Counted from the stretch's first letter, positions 51,284 through 61,121 are shown. The stretch is DNA of 64,000 nucleotides from Nitrospirota bacterium (GCA_963751455.1 CAVVUN010000003.1:192001-256000); one strand, 5' to 3'. The notes: generated by a model from the letters alone, not told the origin. A program made the numbers and translations.

Positions 51284-51544
51284 ATGAGCGAAAACAAGGA
51301 AAACACCGTCACCAAGCGAGGGCCCTGGACCTGTGTCGAGAAAGTGAAGTCGGGAAATAAACATTTCTATGTTAATGTCATCTGCCACGCTGAACCGCCC
51401 AAAAACGCGGTCGAACTGGCAGGCGGAGTCTGCGCCTGGCCGCGCTGCAACGATAAGCCGGTTTGCTTCCGGCAGATCCGGTTCAAAGACGGGCACCGGG
51501 GCTATGAGTTTAGTTGTGCAAAGCACGGAAATATAACCAAGTAA
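51284..51544 (+). CDS. Small Cys/His-rich hypothetical protein
   Basis: AAAGGA RBS; CAWPRC...C...CAKH. Confidence 0.65.
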   Translation: MSENKENTVTKRGPWTCVEKVKSGNKHFYVNVICHAEPPKNAVELAGGVCAWPRCNDKPVCFRQIRFKDGHRGYEFSCAKHGNITK

Positions 51545-51677
51545 GAACGATGAAGTAAGAAATATTTCACTTCTTAATTTCTAACGTTTCTAATTTCTGC
51601 ATGGGTATATATATTTCATACTCGAAGTTTTTTTATATTTTTTAATTCTTACTTGCTCGTTACTTGAGGTATCAACA

Positions 51678-53693
51678 ATGGAAAATATCGGCGTTTTTGG
51701 ATATGTGATTATCATCATTCTTATTATGGCCGGGTGGAGGCATTATTCCATCCTCGGCATAAATAGAAATCTTTTGAGGACAAAAGAGCAGCTGAAGCAA
51801 AGCGAGTATTTTTCGAAGACCATTATCGAAACAGAGCCGGAATGTGTAAAGATAATAGATGCGGAGGGAAAACTGATTTTCATGAACAGGGCCGGTTTGG
51901 ACATGATCGAGGCTGAATCGCTCGAACAGGTCAAGGGGCAATGCGTTTGTCCCCTTGTTACCTCGGAATACCGCGACGACTTCATGAAGCTGACAAGGGA
52001 AGTATGCCGCGGCGGGTCGGGAATATTGACCTTCGAGATGGTCGGGTTGAAGGGTAGACGCCTGTGGCTCGAAACGCGCGCGGTCCCGTTCCGTAATGAA
52101 AAGGATGAAATCACGGCCTTACTCGGCATAACGCGCGACATCACGGAGAAGAAAAAAGCGGAAGAAGCAATAGCTGCCGAAAAAGAGCGTTTGGCCGTGA
52201 CCTTGAGAAGCATCGGCGACGGGGTCATCGTCACGGACATCGAGGGCAACATCACGCTCATTAATAAAGTGAGTGAACAACTCACCGGCTGGACAAACGA
52301 AGAGGCCCTGGGAAAGCCCCTTGCAGAGGTGTTTAACATCATCAACGAAACCACGAAAGAAAAATGCGAGAACCCCGTGGAAAAGGTCCTCAAATCAGGA
52401 AAGATCGTGGGTTTGGCCAACCATACTGCTCTCATACAAAAAGACGGGACCGAGATAATCATTGCAGACAGCGCCGCGCCGATTAAGGACAGACAAAGCA
52501 AGACCATCGGAATAGTTCTCGTGTTTCGGGATATCACCGCACAATACCGGATGGAACAGGAGATGCAAAAGATACAGAAGCTCGAATCACTCGGGCTGCT
52601 TGCCGGCGGACTGGCGCATGATTTCAATAACCTGCTTACCTCTATCCTGGGAAACGTCAGTCTGTTAAAGAAGCAGCTTGGTGCTGAACACAAATCGTTC
52701 AGCAGGCTGTCCGACGCGGAAAAAGCGGCTAAAATGGCTGCCGACCTGACTCAGCAGCTGCTTACGTTTGCCAAGGGCGGCGCTCCGGTAAAGAAACCCG
52801 CATCCATACTTGAGATTGCCAGCGAAGCTTGCGCGTTTGCGATGTCAGGCTCCAATATCAAATGCTTTCACACGACGCCTGAGGCCCTATGGAGTGTCGG
52901 GGTTGACCGGGGCCAGATAAGCCAGGTGTTCAATAATTTAATTATCAATTCCATCCATGCCATGCCGAACGGGGGAGCAGTTCATGTAGATTTTGAAAAC
53001 GTGGCCGTCCCGACGAATAATATTGCTTCTCTCAAAGCAGGAAATTATGTAAAAATCACATTCCGCGATGAAGGAAAAGGCATACCGGAAAAAATATTGG
53101 CTAAAATATTTGAGCCGTATTTCACGACAAAGGAGGGCGGGACCGGGTTGGGTCTTGCCACGGTTTTATCCATTATCAATCGGCATGAAGGAAATATTTC
53201 CGTTGAATCAAAAGCGGGAGCCGGCACAATCTTCACATTATACATTCCCGCATTAGGCGACGCCCTGTCCCCCGCTTCCCCGGAACAGAAGACGGCTCAG
53301 ACCGGCCAGGGAAGAATCCTTATCATGGATGATGAGGAATTGGTAAGAAATGTTGCCGGCTATATTTTAAACGATCTTGGTTATGAGGTGGCATATGCCA
53401 GGGACGGCAAAGAGGCCATAGAAGCATACCTGAAAGCAAAGGAAGAACAAAAATCTTTCGATGTCGTCATCATGGATTTGACCATTCCCGGCGGCATGGG
53501 AGGCAAGGACGCCATCAAGAACCTTCAAGCAATGGCTCCGGATGCAAAGGTCATCGTATCCAGCGGCTATTCAAGGGACCCCATAATGGCTGACTATAAA
53601 AATTACGGTTTCTGCGGAGTGGTCTGCAAACCGTATGAGGCCGGTGAGATCAGCGAGGAGATTGCAAAGGTGATGAAAGGAAAAACAAGTTAG
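51678..53693 (+). CDS. Hybrid PAS sensor histidine kinase/response regulator
   Basis: Two PAS; AGGLAHDFNNLL; FEPYFTTK; GTGLGL; C-terminal REC. Confidence 0.94.
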   Translation: MENIGVFGYVIIIILIMAGWRHYSILGINRNLLRTKEQLKQSEYFSKTIIETEPECVKIIDAEGKLIFMNRAGLDMIEAESLEQVKGQCVCPLVTSEYRDDFMKLTREVCRGGSGILTFEMVGLKGRRLWLETRAVPFRNEKDEITALLGITRDITEKKKAEEAIAAEKERLAVTLRSIGDGVIVTDIEGNITLINKVSEQLTGWTNEEALGKPLAEVFNIINETTKEKCENPVEKVLKSGKIVGLANHTALIQKDGTEIIIADSAAPIKDRQSKTIGIVLVFRDITAQYRMEQEMQKIQKLESLGLLAGGLAHDFNNLLTSILGNVSLLKKQLGAEHKSFSRLSDAEKAAKMAADLTQQLLTFAKGGAPVKKPASILEIASEACAFAMSGSNIKCFHTTPEALWSVGVDRGQISQVFNNLIINSIHAMPNGGAVHVDFENVAVPTNNIASLKAGNYVKITFRDEGKGIPEKILAKIFEPYFTTKEGGTGLGLATVLSIINRHEGNISVESKAGAGTIFTLYIPALGDALSPASPEQKTAQTGQGRILIMDDEELVRNVAGYILNDLGYEVAYARDGKEAIEAYLKAKEEQKSFDVVIMDLTIPGGMGGKDAIKNLQAMAPDAKVIVSSGYSRDPIMADYKNYGFCGVVCKPYEAGEISEEIAKVMKGKTS

Positions 53694-53867
53694 AAGGCGG
53701 AATTAAGAAGTAAAAGATCATTTTCATACCAAGTAAGAATTAAGAAATTGCGAATTAGGGTTATCAAATCCCAAAAAACTGCTGCCACCACGAGGCAGGA
53801 ATCTTTATATGTCGCTTGATGACTTTTTGGCACTGTCTCAGGCCTATTGGTTCGTTGGTTTTTATCT

Positions 53868-54135
53868 TTTTGCTTTTCCAACCCCCCTGCATCCCGCCTG
53901 CACCCAACGACTTCGAGTGTGCAGCGCGAGAGTAGGGCGTGAGCAGCGTCCACGCTTTACATGACCAGGATTCGCGTCGGGAAATCACGAAGCGTGCATG
54001 CGCGTGCGAAGCTCAGCGCAAAGGACAGCAATGCTAAACAAGTAAAGCTGAAGATACTCTGTCATGTCTGCGCGGCGATGAGAACGGCGATGCAGAAATA
54101 AACAAGGATCTTGCACTTCATGGCATGAAGTCCAC
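53868..54135 (+). repeat. Dispersed mosaic repeat, copy C
   Basis: Same conserved blocks as copy A; ends in ACTTCATGGCATGAAGT palindrome. Confidence 0.85.
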
Positions 54136-54210
54136 ATCTTTGTTTTTTTAGGCGTTCATCCGTTCAAATGCAAAATTAAAAACAGCTGCAGATGCTTTAG
54201 ATTTGAAATT

Positions 54211-54732
54211 ATGAAGTATGCTGACATGAAATTAGACTTGGCCCTTAAGGGGTTTTTCCTCGCAGCAGCCGTATTGCTGTTTCCGCTGTTTGCATCTGCA
54301 GCCGGCACGGAAGCATTTCTTGGAACCTGGGAATATCGGCAGCGGGCCGGAAAGGGGTATGACTCCGAGGGAGAAAAGCTTGAACTCCGGAGCAAAGGAG
54401 GAACGCTTACCGGGGTTTATTTCGGATTGGAAAGAGAGGGAGAGCATGGTCTTTTTTACACCGCCGTGGAGATAAAAGACCTCAAGGTGGAACAGGAGCG
54501 GATTTTTTTTACAATTCCGGACCGGCACTTGTTTTCGGACCGGCCTGAAAGCCTGAAAGAGGCGAAGCTGAATGAATCGAAATCGAGCGGTTATACGCGC
54601 GATGAATTGAAAATGCAGGGGCAGTTGAAAGACGGGAGCTTAATGGTTGCCTGCAGTTCTGATTTAAATACCTGTCCGGACAAGGTGATGGAATTCCGGA
54701 AGAGCAAATGGGATAAGAAAACTGAACGCTGA
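54211..54732 (+). CDS. Secreted hypothetical protein
   Basis: Signal peptide ending ASA; FLGTWEY. Confidence 0.7.
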   Translation: MKYADMKLDLALKGFFLAAAVLLFPLFASAAGTEAFLGTWEYRQRAGKGYDSEGEKLELRSKGGTLTGVYFGLEREGEHGLFYTAVEIKDLKVEQERIFFTIPDRHLFSDRPESLKEAKLNESKSSGYTRDELKMQGQLKDGSLMVACSSDLNTCPDKVMEFRKSKWDKKTER

Positions 54733-54829
54733 GCTTCTTCTCTGACACTCTGACACTGAATTGCTTATCTGGTAGCTGAACGCTGATAGCTTCTTCTCTG
54801 ACACTCTGACACGCTGACACTTTCTCGCC

Positions 54830-55150
54830 GTGGAGGTGAAACGCATGGTACGAATTCTATTCGCATTAGTAGTCACTGCGCTGATGATCCGTCCTTCCCT
54901 GAGCTATGGGGAGAATCCCGAGGCCCCGTCGAACATCGAAAATGCAGCGCAGGAGATTATGTCCGGTCTGTCGGCTGATGAAGCAAAGGAACTTGCTGAC
55001 ATCGAGAAACAGGAGATGGAAGCATCTGAGGGAAAGTCTGGGAACGATTCAGGCCAGAAGAATGCTGACATCCCGCCGGAAAACAGTAATGCCCCGGCAC
55101 CCGTTCAACCATCTGATGAAACACAGGACAAGCAGCTGAAGGACCCATAA
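54830..55150 (+). CDS. Exported low-complexity acidic hypothetical protein
   Basis: GGAGG RBS before ATG 54845; signal peptide. Confidence 0.6.
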   Translation: MEVKRMVRILFALVVTALMIRPSLSYGENPEAPSNIENAAQEIMSGLSADEAKELADIEKQEMEASEGKSGNDSGQKNADIPPENSNAPAPVQPSDETQDKQLKDP

Positions 55151-55216
55151 AAGCAAGGATAGGAGGCAGATCCGTAGACTGCAAAATAAGCTTTGACTTA
55201 TTATTAGCTAAAACTT

Positions 55217-55525
55217 ACAGGCGGCAGGAGCCCGGTTGAGGAGTTTCTCCTTGCTTTGCCCGAGGAGACGCGCCTTGAAATAGCTGATGCGATAGTCCTT
55301 CTTGAGAGTGGGCATAGACTAGAAATGCCGCTGAGCCGGCATCTTTCCGGTATTCGTCCCGGCCTGCATGAGCTTCGAATACGAGACCGGGCGGGTCAAG
55401 TGAAGGTAATTTATTACATCAAGAAAGGTGATGCCATCTATTTGGTTCATGCATTTCGTAAAAAGACTCGAACGATTCCCCCGCGGGAACTGGATATCAT
55501 CAATAAAAGACTGAAGGAGATTTGA
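55217..55525 (+). pseudogene. RelE/HigB-like (Gp49-type) toxin, apparently 5'-truncated
   Basis: TGGRSPVEEFL...MPLSRHL...LHELRIRD...LVHAFRKKT; in-frame stop at 55205 and no ATG before the conserved N-terminal residues. Confidence 0.6.
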
Positions 55526-55527
55526 TC

Positions 55528-55808
55528 ATGGCTTGGAAGAAATTTCCATTGAGGAGTTGGCAAAGTCCCTTGGGGCTAATGTTACCGAGATCCGGGAAAA
55601 ACAGCGTCTCGTCGGATTGATTGTTAAGACCCGAAAAGCGAAGAAGCTGTCCCAGGCTGCGCTTGCCAAAAAACTCGGAATCAGCCAGGCGAGAATCGCA
55701 CAGATAGAGTCCGGGGTCGGCTCAGCGAAGGTCACCTTTGACGTGCTTTTCAACATGCTTGTTGCCCTGGGGTACGATTATCGAGTCGTGACGAAAAAAG
55801 CGGCCTGA
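55528..55808 (+). CDS. HigA-like XRE HTH antitoxin (probable 1-nt slip near start)
   Basis: LSQAALAKKLGISQARIAQIESG. Confidence 0.85.
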
Positions 55809-55980
55809 TGCTGACTTGAAGACCGACACGGTACAAAGCGCTATGAGCAGCATCAAAAAAACATGCCAGTTACCCCCAGGACCTTGCTGATATTGAAGCC
55901 CTGAAAGCCGGCGCCGGAGATACGTCAGCCGGGAGGGGGCATTCGTCTTTGCGGCCCCGGCTTAATCCGGGAGTTACGGT

Positions 55981-56276
55981 ATGAATTCTGTACAGATCGT
56001 TGATGACCGCAGCAGAGAAACGTCAAAACATGCGAAGAACGGCGCCCTGCGCGTAGAGCATAAAAGCATTCTGAGCAGGCGCAGCTACCGGAGTATTCTC
56101 AGCTATGCCAGCACCGGGTCGATCCTGAGCATTGGAGCGCGGGATGTATTCTGAGCATTGGAAGCGCAGGAAGCATCCTGAGTTTCCTGAGCGCCGGGAG
56201 TATCCTCTCGCTGCTTGCCGCAGGCAGTATTCTGAGTTTTCTTCGCTATCGTTCGATCAGTAATAAGCCTCGTTGA
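55981..56276 (+). CDS. SILS-x-x-S-x-G nonapeptide-repeat protein; frameshift ~56135 (not in ORF track)
   Basis: GGGAG RBS; SILSRRSYR SILSYASTG SILSIG / SAG CILSIGSAG SILSFLSAG SILSLLAAG SILSFLRYR. Confidence 0.65.
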
Positions 56277-56346
56277 CCTGTCGGACTGACAATGCTCTTG
56301 CAGTCCAGGACAAAACATGCCTCCCCTCCGGGGCCTTCGGCTGTGT

Positions 56347-57753
56347 TTAGCGAGCCAGCACCCCGCCATGCGCCATGCCCTTTGCGCTCTGCTCCTCCAT
56401 TCCGCAATCCGCAATAGATCGGCCTTCCTCCGCGTCTCCCTGTCGACTTACGTCTCGTGTCTGCATCATCGTCACCGCGTCCGACTTTCCCCTCTCCGCG
56501 TCTAATGATCTCCCTCTTTCTTTTACATTTGCAATTTGCACTTTGACATTTGCAATGCTTTGGTTCTCCCCGTCCCCCCGTCTCGAGTCTCCGCGTCTGT
56601 TCTTCCCCTGTCCCCTACCACGTACTGCCTTGTTCGCTCTGGAGATCTTTCTTCGATTGAGCCCGATCAGCAGCAGCTTTTCCGCAGCCGCAGTTTTACT
56701 ACCGAACATCCCGTCGCAGGTCAAAGGATTCGTGAACCAGTGGAATGTCGATTCGTGCAATATGCGGTCCGTCATTGTGGTGCAAAGGGACCCGCAGGGC
56801 GGCAGCTTTTCCGCAAACGCTGTTGCCGTCTGCCCGGACCAATTGCCTGCGCTCAGGTATGCTTTTTTCTTTCCCTCCGGAATTTTCAGGAACCAGTATC
56901 CGCCGGGAGGGGTAAAGAAACCGCTCATTTCAGGATTCAACGACCTGATCTTCGCGTAGGTGGTCCCGATAGCTATTGCAAGCGAGCGCAGATCAGTGGC
57001 AGCCGGGACGGCTACTAAGTCAAAACAGATCGGCCGGGGAGGGGGTACGCGGAACCCATATGCAGCGGGATCTCTCGCGATAAGGACGACTGCCATGAAC
57101 TTGGGTACGAAGTCGCTGGTTTCCCTGGACAAGCTGCCCGATTCCCTCAGGTCCCAGAAATCGTTTGAACCGGTGCTCCGTATTGCAGCCCGCACGGCCG
57201 TCAGCCCAGCATTATACGCGGACAGCACGAGCGGCCAGGAACCGAGCCGGTCGTGGAGAAACCGGAAGTGGCGGGCAGCGGCGCGGGTCGATTTTATCAG
57301 GTCCCTTCGCTCGTCCACCCATTGGTCTCCTCTGAGCCGGTATTGACGGGCAGTATCCTGCATCAACTGCCAAAGCCCGACCGCATTCGCACGTGACACG
57401 GCACTTGGATCAAACCCGCTTTCGATCATTGCCACGTATGCCAGCTCTTCAGGAAGGTTCTCGTCTCTGAATATTTCCTGCATAACATGAAGATACGATG
57501 CGGAATTGTTAAACCATTTATGCAGCCCCATTTTCCCGCTGGTGATGAAATATTCGATATAGGACTCTACGCTGTGGTTCAACACGATGGGAATAGGACG
57601 AGTCTCTTCGATCGGCTGGGAAGACGCTGCCGGCAGATAAGCAGACGGTATCGGGTCCGGCCGGGTCACAAGTTCACCATAAACAGCCGCATGCCTGAAA
57701 CCGGAGAATATAATAAAGCCGGCAAGCAGAAAGATTGCCTTTTGTCCTGTCAT
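56347..57753 (-). CDS. MltD-like lytic murein transglycosylase (SLT); C-terminal tail runs through intergenic-type repeats
   Basis: AMIESGF; AVGLWQLM; VDERRD; SAYNAG; ETSDFVPK; LNPE LysM-like. Confidence 0.85.
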   Translation of the reverse strand: MTGQKAIFLLAGFIIFSGFRHAAVYGELVTRPDPIPSAYLPAASSQPIEETRPIPIVLNHSVESYIEYFITSGKMGLHKWFNNSASYLHVMQEIFRDENLPEELAYVAMIESGFDPSAVSRANAVGLWQLMQDTARQYRLRGDQWVDERRDLIKSTRAAARHFRFLHDRLGSWPLVLSAYNAGLTAVRAAIRSTGSNDFWDLRESGSLSRETSDFVPKFMAVVLIARDPAAYGFRVPPPRPICFDLVAVPAATDLRSLAIAIGTTYAKIRSLNPEMSGFFTPPGGYWFLKIPEGKKKAYLSAGNWSGQTATAFAEKLPPCGSLCTTMTDRILHESTFHWFTNPLTCDGMFGSKTAAAEKLLLIGLNRRKISRANKAVRGRGQGKNRRGDSRRGDGENQSIANVKVQIANVKERGRSLDAERGKSDAVTMMQTRDVSRQGDAEEGRSIADCGMEEQSAKGMAHGGVLAR

Positions 57754-58224
57754 GCCCTTCGCCTCCCTTTTGGCTCTCAAACTATACTTCTTTTGTCCTA
57801 TATAAAGTAAAGCGTATGAAAAGTCCAAAGTCAAGGTCGCGTTGGCGACATTTCAAACCCAGGAAATGAATTAATTTCTCTTTGTGAACTTTGCGGTCTC
57901 AGCGTGGCCTGTATCCTGGATCCTGTCCCCTGTCCCCTGTCCCCTGTATTTAAGAAGTACCCTGTTCCCTACCCTGTCGCCTGACTCCTGCAACATAAAA
58001 CAGCCTTTATTTCCGCCCTCCTCTGTGCTATTCTGCATCAGCTCATCAATGCCCGCCTCGTTGCGCTAAATCCTTACCTCTGTGGCAGAAGCTTTCTCTG
58101 ATATTGTGACGCTCTGATCGCGAATTGATAGTGACTACTGACTACAGTCTACTGATTTTCTTACTTTATACTTTTTACTTTGTGGAGCTCGGTTCCACCA
58201 GAGTCAAAGTTGCAGAAATTGCTG

Positions 58225-58255
58225 TTGACTAATGGTAACTTATATGTTACTTTTA
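58225..58255 (+). promoter_or_regulatory. TA-operon promoter with palindromic operator
   Basis: TTGACT followed by GTAAC-TTATAT-GTTAC (58235-58250). Confidence 0.6.
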
Positions 58256-58269
58256 TTGCGGCGTAATAG

Positions 58270-58683
58270 ATGACCAAAAGAAAAGTCGTCGAGTATGTCA
58301 GAAAGAGTACATCTCCGTTTGGAGCGTGGTTTTCCAGGCTGGACGGCCATGCGGCCGCAAAAGTGGTTGTAGCTCTTTACCGGCTCGAGCAGGGGAATTA
58401 TTCAAATGTAAAGGCAATTGGCAAGGGGATCTCGGAGTATAAGATCGATTTCGGTCCTGGTTACCGGATCTACTTCGGACAAGACGGTAATGAGCTTGTA
58501 ATTCTGCTCGGAGGCGGATCAAAAAAGACGCGGCAAAAGGGCATAAAGACGGCCCAGATGCTGTGGGCTGATTATAAAGCAAGGAAAGAAATAGGAGAAC
58601 CACTATGCCAGTTACCCGTAAATTTCGCACAACCATTCTCAGCCGCGCTTCGAATGATCCAAAATTTCGCCGGCAAATGCTGA
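58270..58683 (+). CDS. RelE/HigB-like addiction-module toxin (true stop may be ~58594)
   Basis: SPFGAWF...RLEQGN...EYKIDFGPGYRIYF...LLGGGSK. Confidence 0.88.
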   Translation: MTKRKVVEYVRKSTSPFGAWFSRLDGHAAAKVVVALYRLEQGNYSNVKAIGKGISEYKIDFGPGYRIYFGQDGNELVILLGGGSKKTRQKGIKTAQMLWADYKARKEIGEPLCQLPVNFAQPFSAALRMIQNFAGKC

Positions 58684-58931
58684 TCGAGGCTGTCAACGAA
58701 CTGCTGACCGGAGACATGGAAGCCGGTAAAGCAATGCTTCGTGATTACATCAACGCAACCATCACATTCCCGGAACTGGCCAAAAAACTCAAAAAAACGG
58801 ACAAGAGCGTGCATCGCATGCTCGGGCCTCGAGGCAATCCCAGGGCAGACAACATTCTCGAGATCATCAAGATCCTTCAGACAAATGAACGGGTCCAGCT
58901 TCGTGTGGACGTGCGTAAGGCAGCGGCATAA
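58605..58931 (+). CDS. Addiction-module antitoxin (HTH)
   Basis: LRDYINATITF..LA...KSVHRMLGPRGNP. Confidence 0.85.
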   Translation: MPVTRKFRTTILSRASNDPKFRRQMLIEAVNELLTGDMEAGKAMLRDYINATITFPELAKKLKKTDKSVHRMLGPRGNPRADNILEIIKILQTNERVQLRVDVRKAAA

Positions 58932-59132
58932 GGCAAGCTAAAAGGCGTTGATGCGACGAGGTTCGACAGGAAATCGACAAGACCCGTCGAGCGCCGACAG
59001 GGCCAGAAGCGACAAGAGGCGACAGTCGGTTCTCGGCGGGTTTACGTAGGAGTCGATTCTTGTCTGATCGCGACGGCTGATAGCTATTTCTCCGAAGTTC
59101 AAGACATAAACGTTACGAGGTTTCCTGAATCC

Positions 59133-59747
59133 ATGGACAAAGACGAGCGCTTCAACAGCATCAGCCATATGGCGGGCACTGTCCTGGCCGTCGGAGGCAC
59201 AGCCGCGCTGGTCGTAATGGCCGCGCTCCAGGGGCACCCGTGGAAGATCGTGAGCTTCAGCATCTACGGAGCGACCCTCATCATGCTGTACCTTTCTTCA
59301 ACCCTCTACCACAGCCTTCACGGCGTCAGGCGCGTTTTTCAGAAACTGGACCACAGCGCCATCTACCTGCTGATCGCGGGAAGCTATACGCCGTTCACGC
59401 TCGTTACCCTCCGCAGTGCCCTGGGCTGGACCCTGTTCGGGCTCGTCTGGGGGCTTGCCGTCCTCGGGATCGTGCTGGACCTGGTGCTCAAAGACCGGCG
59501 CCGTATTGTCCCGGTCATCCTCTATCTCCTCATGGGGTGGCTCGTAGTCGGCGCGCTCAAACCCCTGCTCCGCGCCCTGCCCCTGCCCGGCTTCGGATGG
59601 CTGCTGGCCGGCGGCGTGCTCTACACAGTGGGCATCGTGTTCTACGCTATGGATAAGAAGCTGGCCTACAGCCACGGTATCTGGCATTTGTTCGTGCTCG
59701 GCGGGAGCATCGCGCAGTTCATCGCGATCTTCTTTTACGTCCTGTAG
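59133..59747 (+). CDS. Hemolysin III (PAQR/TrhA) family membrane protein
   Basis: ERFNSISH; SSTLYH; LDHSAIYLLIAGSYTP; HGIWHLFV. Confidence 0.95.
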   Translation: MDKDERFNSISHMAGTVLAVGGTAALVVMAALQGHPWKIVSFSIYGATLIMLYLSSTLYHSLHGVRRVFQKLDHSAIYLLIAGSYTPFTLVTLRSALGWTLFGLVWGLAVLGIVLDLVLKDRRRIVPVILYLLMGWLVVGALKPLLRALPLPGFGWLLAGGVLYTVGIVFYAMDKKLAYSHGIWHLFVLGGSIAQFIAIFFYVL

Positions 59748-60079
59748 CCGTGGAAGTTGACAGCGGTCGTAAGTAACTTGAGCTGACTTGGCGACTGAGA
59801 GGCGAGGGGGAGACGAGGCGACGTATGGACTCAGAGGCAGAGGCATCGGAAACTCAAACATGGATTGAAGTGGCCCTTCGCTGCTCTTATATCGACCAGG
59901 AGACAGCAGAAAATCTGGATAATAGATACGAACACATTCTGGCTCGATTGGTAGCAATGAGCCGCGCCTCTGAGAATTGGATTCTTTAAGGGGGACTTAG
60001 CTTTTAATCAGTCGTCGCTGTTCGGTCTCCACGTCACACAGTCGATACTCTGTCAGATTCGGGTAGGATATAGACCTTA

Positions 60080-60097
60080 TAAAGACCTGACCCTGAG
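60080..60097 (-). repeat. RAYT-associated repeat copy 1
   Basis: TAAAGACCTGACCCTGAG, exact reverse complement of 60932-60949. Confidence 0.8.
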
Positions 60098-60118
60098 CGG
60101 TTTGATTAATAAAATAAT

Positions 60119-60862
60119 ATGGAAAAGAAAATAATATTTAACTTGATGGTTGTCTGCCTGACCGTTTGCATTGCATGTTCCTCTGCATTTGCCGACGGAT
60201 TTGGTGATTGCGGCGGCGATCGTCAGCCCACCAAGGCCGAGAAAGACGCGATACGGGCAGTTGTGAAGACGATACACGGATCTCTCCCCGATCTTCCCAA
60301 AGGCTGGGAAATGATAAAAGTGGAATCGGCAGAGAGCGCAATGCCGTCTCAGGTTTTTGATCGCTGTCCTATCTGGTTCGGGGTTATGGCAGAATACGGT
60401 AATAACGGAAATGCCATCGATCTGGCGAAGAACACGGACGCGGAGCGGCTGGTTGAGACGCTGAAGGAAATGCAGGCCGCGATGATGAAGGGAGACAAGA
60501 AAAAGGCTGAGAGACTGGAAAAGCAATTGGCCGGCGTCGGTGAGAAAGCGGATAATGTCACAGCACTTATTATGTTCCGCGTTAATTCCATATTTTCATC
60601 GAATTTTGACATCAGCAGGGCGAAGCCTATTTTCGTCGAAGGTGCTGCCTACGCTTTTTACAACGATACGCCGGGCGACAAAAAAGTCGGGTTGTATGTG
60701 GGCAGATGGAAACAGGCCAAGGGCAACCTGGTCAATCCGTGGTTGATGAAGGACCGACCCGGGCACGAAGTTCAGCTGGTCGAGATCGTGATCACCGGGG
60801 AGATCGCGCTGGAACTGGCGCGCAGACTGGATGTCAAGCTGCTTGCATCGCTGATAAAGTAA
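60119..60862 (+). CDS. Secreted hypothetical protein
   Basis: Signal peptide ending AFA; long clean ORF. Confidence 0.75.
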   Translation: MEKKIIFNLMVVCLTVCIACSSAFADGFGDCGGDRQPTKAEKDAIRAVVKTIHGSLPDLPKGWEMIKVESAESAMPSQVFDRCPIWFGVMAEYGNNGNAIDLAKNTDAERLVETLKEMQAAMMKGDKKKAERLEKQLAGVGEKADNVTALIMFRVNSIFSSNFDISRAKPIFVEGAAYAFYNDTPGDKKVGLYVGRWKQAKGNLVNPWLMKDRPGHEVQLVEIVITGEIALELARRLDVKLLASLIK

Positions 60863-60934
60863 ACAGGAACTCTCCTACCCCTAGACGTGGTTGGCGCGTT
60901 TGTGCGAGACGGGTTTGAATCTTTGGAACTTCTC

Positions 60935-61095
60935 AGGGTCAGGTCTTTAATGTTTGACTTTGTCTTTTTCCTCTGATATCCTCAGTTTTGAATAATTATT
61001 CAATTCAACATACTCACAATGATAAACTCTGGAGGCGCCCATGGAATACGATAAAGACAAGCCCCCTAGGGTCAGGTCTTTAATGTTTGACTTTG
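60935..61095 (+). repeat. RAYT-associated repeat copies 2 and 3 (28-bp direct repeat)
   Basis: AGGGTCAGGTCTTTAATGTTTGACTTTG at 60935 and 61068. Confidence 0.85.
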
Positions 61096-61121
61096 CTTTT
61101 TGACTCTGATATTCTCGTTGC

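Noticed and set aside
48238-55150. Integron cassette array
   Set aside because: No integrase and no consistent attC (RYYYAAC...GTTRRRY) sites recognised
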